Shown here piece by piece: positions 11,101-22,157 of a stretch of 64,000 bases of DNA. The stretch spans positions 12,276,001 to 12,340,000 of the forward strand of contig OU015569.1 in the NCBI GenBank assembly GCA_907165135.1. Direction: 5' to 3'. The notes beneath the pieces are model-generated. The model was not told the origin of the DNA. It made no database searches and saw only the letters and a program-made list of their open reading frames with translations. The DNA comes from Oikopleura dioica. Lineage: Eukaryota > Animalia > Chordata. The position numbers were made by a program, and so were the translations under genes. Position 1 is the first letter of the stretch, and each line of letters starts with the position of its first letter.

Positions 11101-14100
11101 GTGTATGTCGCCGCGAAGAGACAGGATCGTCCTTCGATGTCCACTTCATCGAGCGAGAGTCCCGCCGTCGCTGACATCGTGGCTAGCAGCGAGACGACCT
11201 CGAGCTCACCTTGCCAACAGGCCAGCCGCAGCGCAGAGCGACCTTCAACGTCTTTCGCCTTGAGCAACTTGACGAGCGTTTCTACTTTGAAATTCGTCCT
11301 TGCCCACTCGATTATCTAAACAAAAAGGTTGAAAAATTATTTCCAGAAAACAAATCTCTTGAATATTTCTCTGGGTCATCAAAAAAATGCACCATCAAAT
11401 CCGTAAAAAAACGCTCCAGTCCAGATGATCAATGAGAGATATAAAAATAAAAGGAATAAAATCGATCACCTCAATGTGTCCATGCTGAGCTGCTGATTGA
11501 AAGAAATTTTGCTTGGCTGGGAACTCGCATCGCAGCGGGTCGGCGCCGTTGTTGATCAAATGTTCAACCATTTTCTTGCTTCCGAATTTGCCCGCTGCGA
11601 CCAGCGGCACCAGCGTCGGCTCTGCGTCTTTTTGCGTTCCGTTTGCATCGAAACCTATTAAAAATTTAACCCAGTAAAACCCACATAAAATCTCACCTAA
11701 ATCGAGAAGCTGGACGATCTGGGCCTCCTCTCCACGAGTGGCAAGAGTCGTTAGTCTACAAGGGCTCAAAATCGGACATAAAGACATGTCAATAACCTTC
11801 TCTCCATTTTTGTAGATAAAAACTAGTGAATTGAACTGCTTCAAATCTGGCAAATCTGGCGTGCGTGGCTGTATGTATGTTATGATTTGAGCGTAGTGCA
11901 AATGAGCGAGAGGCGAAGCAGAGAAAGTGAATGAATAATTCAAAGAAAGATACATGGGACTTAGAAAACCCCATTTGACGAGAGAGAGAAGGAGATAGAT
12001 TCAATTTGCAAGTGAATCAAGCCTAAATCGAAATGAGCCGTGCCTGCACTCCGAGTCCTGCAGCGAGTTGCCAGCCAACATGTCCATAAATCTAACGACC
12101 TCGCGCTCTGCCCCCACTGAGACGAGCAGCAAGGTCAACTCTGCTTCCGTGAATTTCGTGTGGCGCACGTGATCCAACAGTTGCTCCGTCAGGCGCTTGT
12201 ATTTCGAATTTCCTGACTCCTGAAAAAACTTATGCTTGTTGAAATCAAGGAAGAGTTTTTCCGTTTCTGGCAGCGCCAGTCTAAACTCGGCAACCTCTGT
12301 AGAAATCCTGAGTCAGGGCTTCACAAGAACTTTGAACTCTTTGTGAACTCTGACTCAGGTTTCTTCAGAGATTGTCGAGCCTTGACTCAGTAATTTTAAT
12401 TGGACTTTTACCTTTACTTCTGAATTTTGCGAGTTTCTCATTTGCGCGCATTGAACTGCATAATAAGTGCTCAGTGCCAAATGTCCCTTGGTGACATCGC
12501 ACAGAAACTTGGAGGTAGAGTACTTGACGTCCTGGCACCAGGCGAGAAAGGAGGAATGAATCGGTATCCAGCCAGAGGCGTCTTTATAAATCAGCGGCTT
12601 CAAAAGGCCCAGTCGTTTTTCCACGTCCGCTTCTTCTGTTGACGGTTTCAACATTTTCGCCGCCTCGGCCAGCGTTTTCGTATTCATTGGGGAGCCAGCT
12701 GCGGCGAGGATTTCCAGCATTGAGCGAACTTTTCCAAAGTCTTTTTTCGCGAAGAGCAGCTGAATCAGCCAAAGCCAGAGGCCACTCAGGGTGCCTGGAA
12801 TGTCTCGAACTTGGCGCAATCCAACTAGACCTGAAGCGATGCCGTCCAAAACGACTTCCAGGTACAGAAAGCAACCGGAAGCTTTAATGTGCAACTGGCT
12901 CAGAAATTCGGCATTGTCTCGATTCACCGCGCTGCGAAGATTCTGGTTGGACTCGAGGCGGCGGAGGATGTACTGTTGCGAGTCTTTGCAAACTGGGTCT
13001 TTGCGAATGTCGTCTAGAGTTACTTTTTGAAGCAGCTTGTCAAGCAGCTTGATCATCTCGCGCGATCTTTTGTGTCCCTTCGCCACTGAGTACACCACCG
13101 AGAGCCAGCTTGGCAAGTTCAAGTTGCTCACAACGCTGAAGATATCTGTCGACAATTCCAGCCCGTCTATCACCAATAAATGTCGCTGGGGAGGAGTTGG
13201 TAGCGCTAGAATCAGTTTTTTAGAGAATTCTCGCTCCGCCCTTAAGTTATTCACATGAAACTTAAGGGGGTCACCAGCTAAAACTATAGGAAAAGTCATA
13301 AGAAATATAACGATAGCTTGATGATGTTCAATTAATGTTAAGTCGTAGATCATTTACGAGACGTTTCTTAAGATCTTTATTGCGAATAAAAATTGCCAGG
13401 GCTCTTTCGTTTTTAATTACTCTGTTGACCTTGAGAATGAGGCTTGTCAACGCTGACAGTCAATAAATCCAAGCGCGACGATATAAGATTATTGATTGAA
13501 TAATCAGAGCTTTGGATTTAAGGGGGTAGCACTCGCTATTTCAAATCTTTTCTCTGCCTTTTTTGAAAGCCGATTTCAAAGAACTAGGGTTAAGGTTTTT
13601 GAAAATAGCATAGTGATGCCCTTATTTCAAATCTTCAAGTATTATGAGATTACCTGCAAGGGCTGAATGCCAGGAATTAGCAATGGATCGAACGTCGCCA
13701 TTGGCGCTGGTTGGCAACTCGCCGAGGGGAGCAAATTTAGTTTTGAGCTGGCTCGAGACGGACTTGAGGAAGACTGAGAGCTTGCGCGTTCTGGGCTGGA
13801 AGGGGCTGACGAAGTGGTGGGCCACGATGGCGGAGGCGATTCTAGAGCGGCAACTGTCGTTCGCAACTGTCTTTCAAATGGACTCGCCACTATTTAATTT
13901 ACTAATTTACAAAGTCGACAACGCCTGTCACTGTCTTCCTCTTTGAAAAGTGACAAATGGAAACTAGCTATACTTTTCGCTTTTGGACTATCTTGACATC
14001 TACCCTTTAGGCTCGCCTGTGTCTGAGCCTGAGTCAGGGGTTTCTCAAAGCTTTTTGCGCATCATAACTCAGGTTTTAACGTAGGGTACAGCCTTAATTC

Positions 14101-14264
14101 GAAGAAAAAAGAGCCCATAACGGTGAGCAAAGCTCGGCCAGAAAAGTAGTCTTTCCTGTGCCAGCATTTCCAGAGAGGAGAAATCCCCTTCTTCCCTTTT
14201 CGCCAGGATCGGCGTTTATGTGCTCTTCGATTCGTGAAAAGAGCCATTCTCGGCAGTGAAATTG
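8171..14264 (-). CDS. ANKRD50: ANKRD50-like P-loop NTPase plus ankyrin-repeat protein (5' exon not located)
   Basis: QFHCREWLFSRIE and Walker A GNAGTGKT at ~14264-14150; LLVIDGLE, GCFLYLEVVLD, SKFLCDVTKGH; many ankyrin repeats at 11267-9800; low-complexity tail through exons 9207-8830, 8789-8653 and 8320-8171. Confidence 0.85.
8350..8610. repeat. AGATGTCT modular repeat (intronic)
   Basis: gatgtc units followed by gacatc/gacatt units. Confidence 0.6.
9230..9455. repeat. AGATGTCT modular repeat (intronic)
   Basis: Dense agatgtct units. Confidence 0.7.
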
Positions 14265-15560
14265 CTTTTATAGTGGCTCAAAAATGCGTGAGAATATTGT
14301 CTTTTCCGTTTTTAGCCGAAATTACTGCCAAGAAAACTAAATGATGACAATTTCAAACACTCTGTTTTTAAATGATTTTTGCATTGTGAGTCGCGACACC
14401 CTTAATTTTTCTTTTAAAAATCATCTTAAATTTTTCATCAAGTACTGAACTTGGGTTGACTGCCTGTGCAGAAAACCTGAGTCAGGGTTAAGAAAGAACT
14501 TTAATGAAAACCCGCTGGTGCTTTCTTAAAAATAAGCCGCATATGCGCTATAGCGGCTTAAATTTTGGGAAAGCCGCGGATTTTTATTAAAGCTCCTGAC
14601 TCAGGTTTTCTGCACAGGTTGCCGAGCCAACTACATTACTAGATGAAGAATTCGAGAGCTTTTTAATAGAAAACTTAAGGGCGTCGCTTTTAATTCGTAA
14701 AAGGATAAAAATATCCAATTTTTTTAACAAAAAAACAAATTTTTCGCCACAAATTCCTTTCTAGCGGCGAGTTCCATCAATTCTTCTGTATTCTGACTTC
14801 TGTTTGTTCAGGCTCTCTCATGTTATTTTCGACAAATAATGTTTTCGGATTTTAATTTTTCGCGTTTTCTTTTTCTTCTTTTCTTTCTCGGCGGCGGTTT
14901 TGACAAGCTGATTCTTCTCAGTTCTCTTTTGAAATGTTCGAATTTTGAAAATTATAAAAAAAGGGCGTGTGGATTTATTGAAAGAAGCTCGATGAAAATG
15001 CTTCCTCGGAGCTTGGTTTAGGGTGATTCATTTACTCAACGGGAGAGAGAGCGCAGAATAGGGCGCCCGCGGCCAGCTCGAGCCCCCGATCAGCTCGATT
15101 TTCGCCAAAAAGACGATCATTTTCGATCATTGACGATTTCTGCTTCGAAATCCGGCTGAAAGAGGGATTGACGCGCCTCGCTTTCCAAGTGTTGCAAGCA
15201 AATAAGGCCAGATTAATCGATACGGACAAGTTGAAGACATTCCAGTCATCCCTTAGTCAACCCCAATGGAATGTGCGCACTTTTTTCATTCTCATCTTCG
15301 CTAAAGGTCTGGAAACTTGCGGTCTGGATTTATTATTTCCCTTCAATGCATAAAGTTATGAAATAAACATGGTTTAATGTAAAAATTTCTTTATTAAAAG
15401 ATAAGACGGAAAAGGTTAGAGTGCAGTGATAAGGTGAAATAGTGATCTCTTTCTCTCGATCTTCTAAAAATAGTGGCTGCCTCTTGGTGATCGGAACCCT
15501 TCCCATTCCTTGTCTAGAAATAAATGTTGAAAATTTCAAAATTTTGATTATTATTTTACC

Positions 15561-16092
15561 TTTCGTTGAGAGATCGTGGAAGGACTTGGTCAGTCGTGTC
15601 ATCGATGATTTTCTCCCAGGTCGCCACAATTCTTGCATGTCGATTGCAGTCTTGAAAAAATAAGATAATTTTTAATATTGTGATGAATTAGTACTTACCG
15701 GCATTTCCTGATCCGTAGACACGATGCAGTCTGGAAGTGGCTGTGTTTCTTTTCTCTTCGCCACAGTTTCCGAAGACAAGCTACGCGGATGTTGCTTAGG
15801 TGGCGTAGAATGCGGCATCACCAATCCGTGAGGATGAGACATTGACGTCGACAAGCGAGGGTAGCCAGGCGGCATCACATTCGGCTGAGCGTAGGAGGTC
15901 GGCATCGCCAGATTTGGCATCGAAGTGAAAGTCGGACAGCCTCGTGTATCGTAGCCAGTGTGAACCATCTGGTGTCCGTGATACCCAGCAGGCTGTACAA
16001 CTTGTGGCTGGCCCACAGGAAAGTACATCTGTGGGTAAGCCGAGTAGCTGAACGGGAGATGGTTCTCATTCTGGCTTCCCTCCCTTCTTTTC
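15561..16092 (-). CDS. Coding exons of an unknown P/Q/M-rich protein (either the 5' part of ANKRD50-like or a separate upstream gene)
   Basis: Open exon ~16092-15699 ending CCG|gtaagt, joined in frame to exon 15651-15561 (TAIDMQELWRPGRKSS...); no recognisable domain. Confidence 0.5.
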
Positions 16093-16212
16093 TAAAAACC
16101 AATAGTTAGTAGACATAGTTGTTACAATAACTTACCTCTTCTTTTGTTTTTTGTTTTCTTTCTCCCTCACTTTATCAAAAATCCATTCATTTTATCAAAC
16201 TTTTTCTCTTAA

Positions 16213-16963
16213 GGCTATAACCTCTCTTTTGGCCTCTCTGGAAAACGGACTTCCCTTGGTCGATTTCAAAAATATAAAAGACAAATATACTTGTTTTCTC
16301 CTAAAAATTCAAAAATGATATCAAAAATACTTTTCTTCCGTAAATTTTTACTCTAGAATCATTCAAAAATCGCCATTCGGTTTTCCAAGAAAACTGGAAG
16401 CTATGAGGTAAAATTAATCCGATAATAATATTAAATAGGGCAAACTCTATGATCCCTATGGAAAAAATATCAAGAAATTGCCTAAATTATGATTATAGTT
16501 CTCTCTTCTTTTAAATCTCTTTTGTTTATAGACGAACGCTTGAGATCCACGCGGCCAATCAGAGCGCGATGAATCGCTTGACTCACACGCTCGCCAACAG
16601 CGCTCTCTTTTGGCCTGGAGGATAGCACTCCGCGCAGCGCGTCCACGCGCATTTTTATCCTCAGGCACTAACATGGCGCTAGAATGAAAAATTGAATAGA
16701 TATCGAAGAATTTTTCCGTAGGGATTGTAGAGAAGGCTTTAATCTATTAATTGATCGAAAAAGTCTACCTCTGTAATGGTAAAATTCTTCGGAAATCCGA
16801 ATGGCGTTTTTTAAATGATTATAAAGCCAAAATTTCAAAAGAAAAAATTTTTGATCGCATTTCTGAAATCTACGATAGATTTTGAGTATATGAGCCTTTT
16901 TAATTTTTGAAATCGACCAAGGGAAGTCCGTTTTCCAGAGAGGCCAAAAGAGACGTTATAGCC
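16213..16963. mobile_element. 751-bp element with ~60-bp TIRs flanked by TTAA (GG...CC termini, Kolobok-like)
   Basis: 16209-16273 is the reverse complement of ~16903-16967 with one mismatch; TTAA on both sides. Confidence 0.75.
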
Positions 16964-17530
16964 TTAATTCTTTTTTCAGTTTGGTTGGACTGGTTGGTCG
17001 CCGACAGGTCTCAAAATTTTTCGAGCCTGCCCCCGTTGATCAACGCGCCAATGAAAATCTTTCTGATTCCGTCGATAAGTTATCGACGATAACCTTTAGA
17101 CCCAAAGGACGAGCCATTTCTTCGAAAGATTTTGGTCAACCGATTTCGCCCTGAAGCACGTTTAACAATCATTTCCGGGGTTAAACATCCCATAAATTCA
17201 AACAACTGCATTTCAAATTACATTCCACTTGGTACCAGTAGCTACGCAGTTATAATATCGAGCAAAACAAAATACGTCGTTAAATAAATTATGCATTTAT
17301 TTCTCCCTCCAGACATTCAGGTTCCAGTGAAGCCAGTGAGTAACAGAATGAATAAAGCGCTCGTCATCGGAGTGAATCTGAGTCAAGCTGAGTATTGAAT
17401 GGCGACACCGCCCAGAGCAGCCTACCGATCGCATAAAAAGAGCTCGCGCTGAAGGATCATCCACCACTTGTTTTCAAACCAACTTTTTCTCGCAAAAGAG
17501 CAATTAACAAATTGATCGAAAAAAATCGCG

Positions 17531-19463
17531 ATGCAAGTAAAAGTGATTCTTCATCGAGGTCCTTCTGAGGAAGTCCTTCCAAGGTAAGAAAAACCGCTTT
17601 CATTTTAAAAATAGAGACACCCTTAATTTTTTAATTTTTGAAAATTTTCGATAGAAAATTCAAAAGTACCTTTTTAGTTGCTAAAATTTTTGATCTAGGA
17701 AGTAAATTTTGTTTTTTCCATATTTTTATTTCCGAAAGAATCGAGAAATGACATTCTCGGGACCAAATCAGGGTGGCGGGCGGCTACGTTCGAAATCCGT
17801 TTTGGGCCGATTTTTCGAACGCCGTTCGAAATTTCCAAAAATCTTTATCATAATATGAGCTGAAATTATTAAAATCGTGTAAGAAAAAGAACTTGGCATC
17901 ATTATGAGAGAGTTAACTTACAAATCAGGCGCGGAGCGCATATGAGCTCATTTTTATAAGCAATTTCAGACATTTTTCGAACGGCGTTCGAAAAATCTCG
18001 AACGGCGTTCGAAATTTCGAACGTAGCCGCCCTACACCCCCAAATCATGACCCCCATGTTTCTAGTGCTTATCTGAAAGCCCGTGATCTGAGGAGTCGAA
18101 TGGTATGTTACACAGGGTCTGAGTCATAGATAATGACGTTATTTTGGTCGAAATAAGGGGCTTATGGGGAAAACCTATGTAGTGCAATAACTTTTTATAG
18201 GACATATAAGATTACGTTGATTTTGGGCTCATTCGAAAGAGGAACTCCAGATCTAGGTCGGGAGCACTAAATCGCGGTTAACCGGCCGGTTTTAAAATTT
18301 TTACCACGTGGTTAACCGGGTGGTTGACCGCGATTTTGCTCTCCCGACCTCGATCTCGAGCTGCTTTTTCTAATGAGCCCAAGATCAATATACTTTTATA
18401 AGCTCATTTAAAAATTAGAGCACTACATAGGTTTTGACCAATGGGGTAGCACTATGACGTCATAGTTGATGACTAACACCCATAACCTATACCATTCGAC
18501 TCCCCAGATCACGGGCTTTAAGATAAGCACAAGAAACATGGGGGTCAGTATTTGGTCCCGAGAATGTCATTTTCATTCATCCACTATCGAAAAAATAAAA
18601 CCCGAAATGATCTAATTTTCTTTTAGAAAGGAGATCCGACGCTTTTTCCTCGAGAAACTGGACTCGTTTCAGCACCTCAAAGACCAAGTGATCATGCTTT
18701 ACGACGATCTGACCGCGGACACGACTCTTCGATTCTTGTGGACTGACGAAGAAGGCGACAACGTCCAGTTCTCCTCCGACAAGGAAATGAAGGAAGCCGT
18801 CAATTTCTTCCAAAACCAACAAGGAGAAAACAAGCTCTTCAAACTGATCGTCCGTTTTCCCCAGCCGCCACCACCACCGGCCGCCCAAAAGGCCGCGCCA
18901 ACCAAGGAGCCCAAGGAAACAACAACGACTGGAAAGACCCGGCGAAGATGGAGAAGAAGATCCAGAAGATCCACGAGCGCCAGTGCAAGAAGAACATGAT
19001 GTCTTCCATTCGTGCTGCGGCTGCGGCGGGGCAACCGCTAGAATCGCTGTTGAACAACTTTCATTCTCATTTCAACCGAATCATGGCGCCTGAAGGAGGC
19101 CGCTCTTCCGCTTCTTCTTCCACGACTGGAGAAGTGATCCCGATCCAACACGCAGACGGAACGGTCACCTGCAACGGCGCTACAGTCACAAGTACAAGCA
19201 CTACAAGCTCAACTACAACAAACGACAAACCAATGACTTCTACTCAAACGAACACTTCAGCGACTCAGAGCGAGAAACAAGCCTCCAATCCAGCTCAAGA
19301 CGACTTCGAAGACGTCAGCGCCGAATTGAAGCAGCAAAAGATGAAAGAAGCGATTGCCAAAATGAACGAGCTCGGCTTCGAGGGCGAATGGGTGGTTGAA
19401 CTTTTGAAGTCGGTCGATGGAGACGTCGTCCGCGCAGTGACCGCGATGAATCCGGACAAGTGA
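17531..19463 (+). CDS. SQSTM1: p62/Sequestosome-1-like (PB1 + LIR-like + UBA); one frameshift near 18,880-18,947
   Basis: MQVKVILH...|KEIRRF...WTDEEGDNVQFSSDKEMKEA (PB1); DDFEDV LIR-like motif; KEAIAKMNELGFEGEWVVELLKSVDGDVVRAV (UBA); intron 17584-18626. Confidence 0.8.
17747..18573. mobile_element. Palindromic MITE in the p62 intron carrying a nested MITE
   Basis: aaatgacattctcgggaccaaat at the left end pairs with atttggtcccgagaatgtcattt at the right end; inner arms are also complementary. Confidence 0.8.
17771..18039. mobile_element. Nested 269-bp MITE (GGGTG...CACCC), 8-bp TSD CCAAATCA
   Basis: TSD at 17763-17770 and 18040-18047; the insertion interrupts the outer element's left arm. Confidence 0.85.
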
Positions 19464-19669
19464 ACTTTCTCCACCTTTCAGAAATACGGCAATGGACACG
19501 AAATGGAATGACTACGATTTTACCCTTTTATTTTACTCTTTTATCTACTCTCTCTTTATTGGAAAAAATGTAATCCGAATAAACAATTCTTTTTCTTTCA
19601 AAAAATCTACAGCCTTTGATACTAAAAAGACACAAGAAAATGAAATGTATTTAAAAAGTTGAATATTTC

Positions 19670-21947
19670 TCAGTGTTTGACAAAAGTGCCATGAAAAGAG
19701 ACCGAAATATCATAATCTTCCGGGAGCCAAATTCTTGCTACTTCTGTCATTTCCACAGGTTCAAGAATAAGCACAAAGGGACGAAGATCAGAGTGTCCTT
19801 CAAAAGCGGACACCAGGGATAATAAAACGCCGTCAGTTTCGGACTCGGCGCCAGGGCGGGAGACAAAGAACGGTTCAGAAGGCGAGTAGCCAGCCTAAGT
19901 TTTTAATCAGGAAAAGACGGCGTTGAAAACTGACCTCTCTCCAGACAAATCTTTTTTGGAAGATATTTGCGAGTGATAGAGCCTGTCTGCCATAATGTTT
20001 CCCATGCCAAGAGACCAAAAGTGATCATATTTGACTCCAGCAAAATCAAAGTTGATCATCGGAAAATCAGTTCCAGCGGCGGTGTACATCGGCCAATCGA
20101 CCATATCTGCCTCGAACAAGACCTAAATTGAGGATAAAACGCGCTCGCTGGGTTTCAACACTTGCATTGGGCTCGACATATTCTTCAGTCTTGGAAAGCA
20201 GGTCATCCGTTGAAAACTCGTATCGGACGGGAATTCCGATTGGAAGCATGCTTTCGTGCACTTCCTGCAGCGCTCGTCCAGTCGAATTGACTGTATCGAG
20301 GTAATACGCTAGAGACAGTTGAAAGGGAACGGCCTTTTGTTTGCTTACCCATCATGAGATCTCCTTTGGGCGTTTCACACGTATCCAGAATGATTTTGTC
20401 GCCGTCTTGGTAAGCTTGAATCATGTGAATCTGCATGAAAGCGTCGCTCGCGAACGTTTTTGGAAACCACTTTAGATTCTTTTTGTCGAAAATTTTGAAG
20501 TATCCGGCTTTTTCTTCGTTGTAAAACATCATGTCCATTGGTGGTTTTCCTTCTTTGCAAGAATCGAGCATTTTTATCGGATCAAGTTCCATGCTAAAGA
20601 AAGCTTCTATGGACAATTTGATTGAGTGGCACGATGCGGCACTAGGCGGCATTAGGCGGCACTAGGCGGTACTAGCCGGCATTAGGCGACAAGATGCGGC
20701 ACTAGGCGGCATTAGGCGGCACTAGGCGGCACTAGGGGCACAAGGCGGCACTAGGCGGCACTAGGCGGCATTAGGCGGCACTAGGCGGTACTAGCCGGCA
20801 TTAGGCGACAAGATGCGGCACTAGGCGGCACTAGGGGCACAAGGCGGAACTAGGCGGCACTAGGCGGCACGATTCCGCACTTGGCGACATTAAGCGGCAC
20901 TAGGCGGCAGCAGTTGATTTACCTTGTAACGGGAAGAACGAGAAAATCAGTCGTCTGGACAAACATGTGAAAATATCTGACGGTGTTGTCTCGTTCATCT
21001 TCATTGAACAAGAAGTCGCCAAACTCGATCGAGGCAAGAAACTCTTCCGGAGTGGCTTGGTAAGAAAACGGATTTTTCGCGTCTCGCATTGCGTTTCTGA
21101 TTTTGAGAGTGCCATAAGCAGCTGAAACTCATGTTTTTATTGTTGACGAAAGCGGTGTTACTTTTTGGGAGGAAAGCGTAGGGCTCGTTGTAGATGCCGA
21201 CGCTCATTGTCCAGAAGTCCCCGTTGGCGTCCAAGGATCCATGAGCTAGGACGGTGACGATGAAGTATCCCTCCGGCTTGACATCGGCCAAGTCTAAAAT
21301 GTGCTTCGTCTCCAGCGTGAATGGATCGATGAGAGTGACCATTCGCGACTCGGTGAAGCCGACCATCCAGCCGTGAATCGGGTAAAGAGAAACGACCGTG
21401 TTGTCCGAAGGAAAGGACTCGTCCAGATGCGAGCAGCGAGCGCGCTGCAGCTCAGCCCCAGAGAGATCCTCGTAGTTCTCCGGCTCCGCCCAGGTTCCCA
21501 TTTCCGTAAAAACTATCTCGCCCTTTTCTTCATTTGCAAGTCGATGAGTCGATTCGATGAATTTGCTCTACAATCGAAGCTTTATTCAAGGAAGGAAGAG
21601 TTAATTTCAGCCAACAGTATTTATTTTTCGAGTCAACTTTTCTAGTATTTTCTGAATAACAGTACCTGATAGAAGACTTCTCCGTTTTCGAATGCTATTT
21701 TCTGGACAATGGCCGACGGATCGAAGATATGCTTGAACCGATCGTCTCCGTACTCGTACTGCCCGGGCCCATTTCTAAACATCGATCCTTCCAGCCAAGT
21801 CGGCACTTCTCCAACTATGTTCTCAAGCTTGACTCGCTCCGGATGCTCCTCCATTGTCCTGAACAGCCCGCCAGCATCTTCAGTGTACGAGACCTGATCA
21901 TCAGCGCGACCGTTGCCGAGAAAAAAACAACACAAAATGCCCAGCAT
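19670..21947 (-). CDS. Carotenoid cleavage oxygenase (BCO/RPE65 family), multi-exon
   Basis: VPTWLEGSMFRNGPG, KHIFD; four iron-ligand His contexts (LAHGSLD, YFHMFVQT, IHMIQAYQD, SFHGTF); PSEPFFVSRPGAESETDGVLLS. Confidence 0.92.
20635..20909. repeat. 10-bp GC-rich minisatellite (GGCGGCACTA)n in an oxygenase intron
   Basis: More than 20 tandem units with a higher-order ~90-bp repetition. Confidence 0.95.
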
Positions 21948-22157
21948 GTTTCTTTTTATGCAAACTCTTAATTGTGAGATCATTTTTTTTCTCCTGCCCT
22001 TTTTCTGCCCGAAATTGCTATTTGCAGAGCCATTTATTTAAGCTATTTTCGGTTCTGAGTTATCCAAAAATGACCTCACTTTTGAACTCACTGTTCTTAT
22101 CCAACTTACAGGCCAAGCTTACATTACAATAAAATTTTAATAAACATCTTCAAGAAT

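Noticed and set aside
20635-20909. Minisatellite supplying the true splice acceptor of the oxygenase exon
   Set aside because: An in-frame CCTAG exists at 20642, but a pyrimidine-rich TTCTTTAG near 20594 gives a join (PVTSMELDPIKM) that fits the family better.
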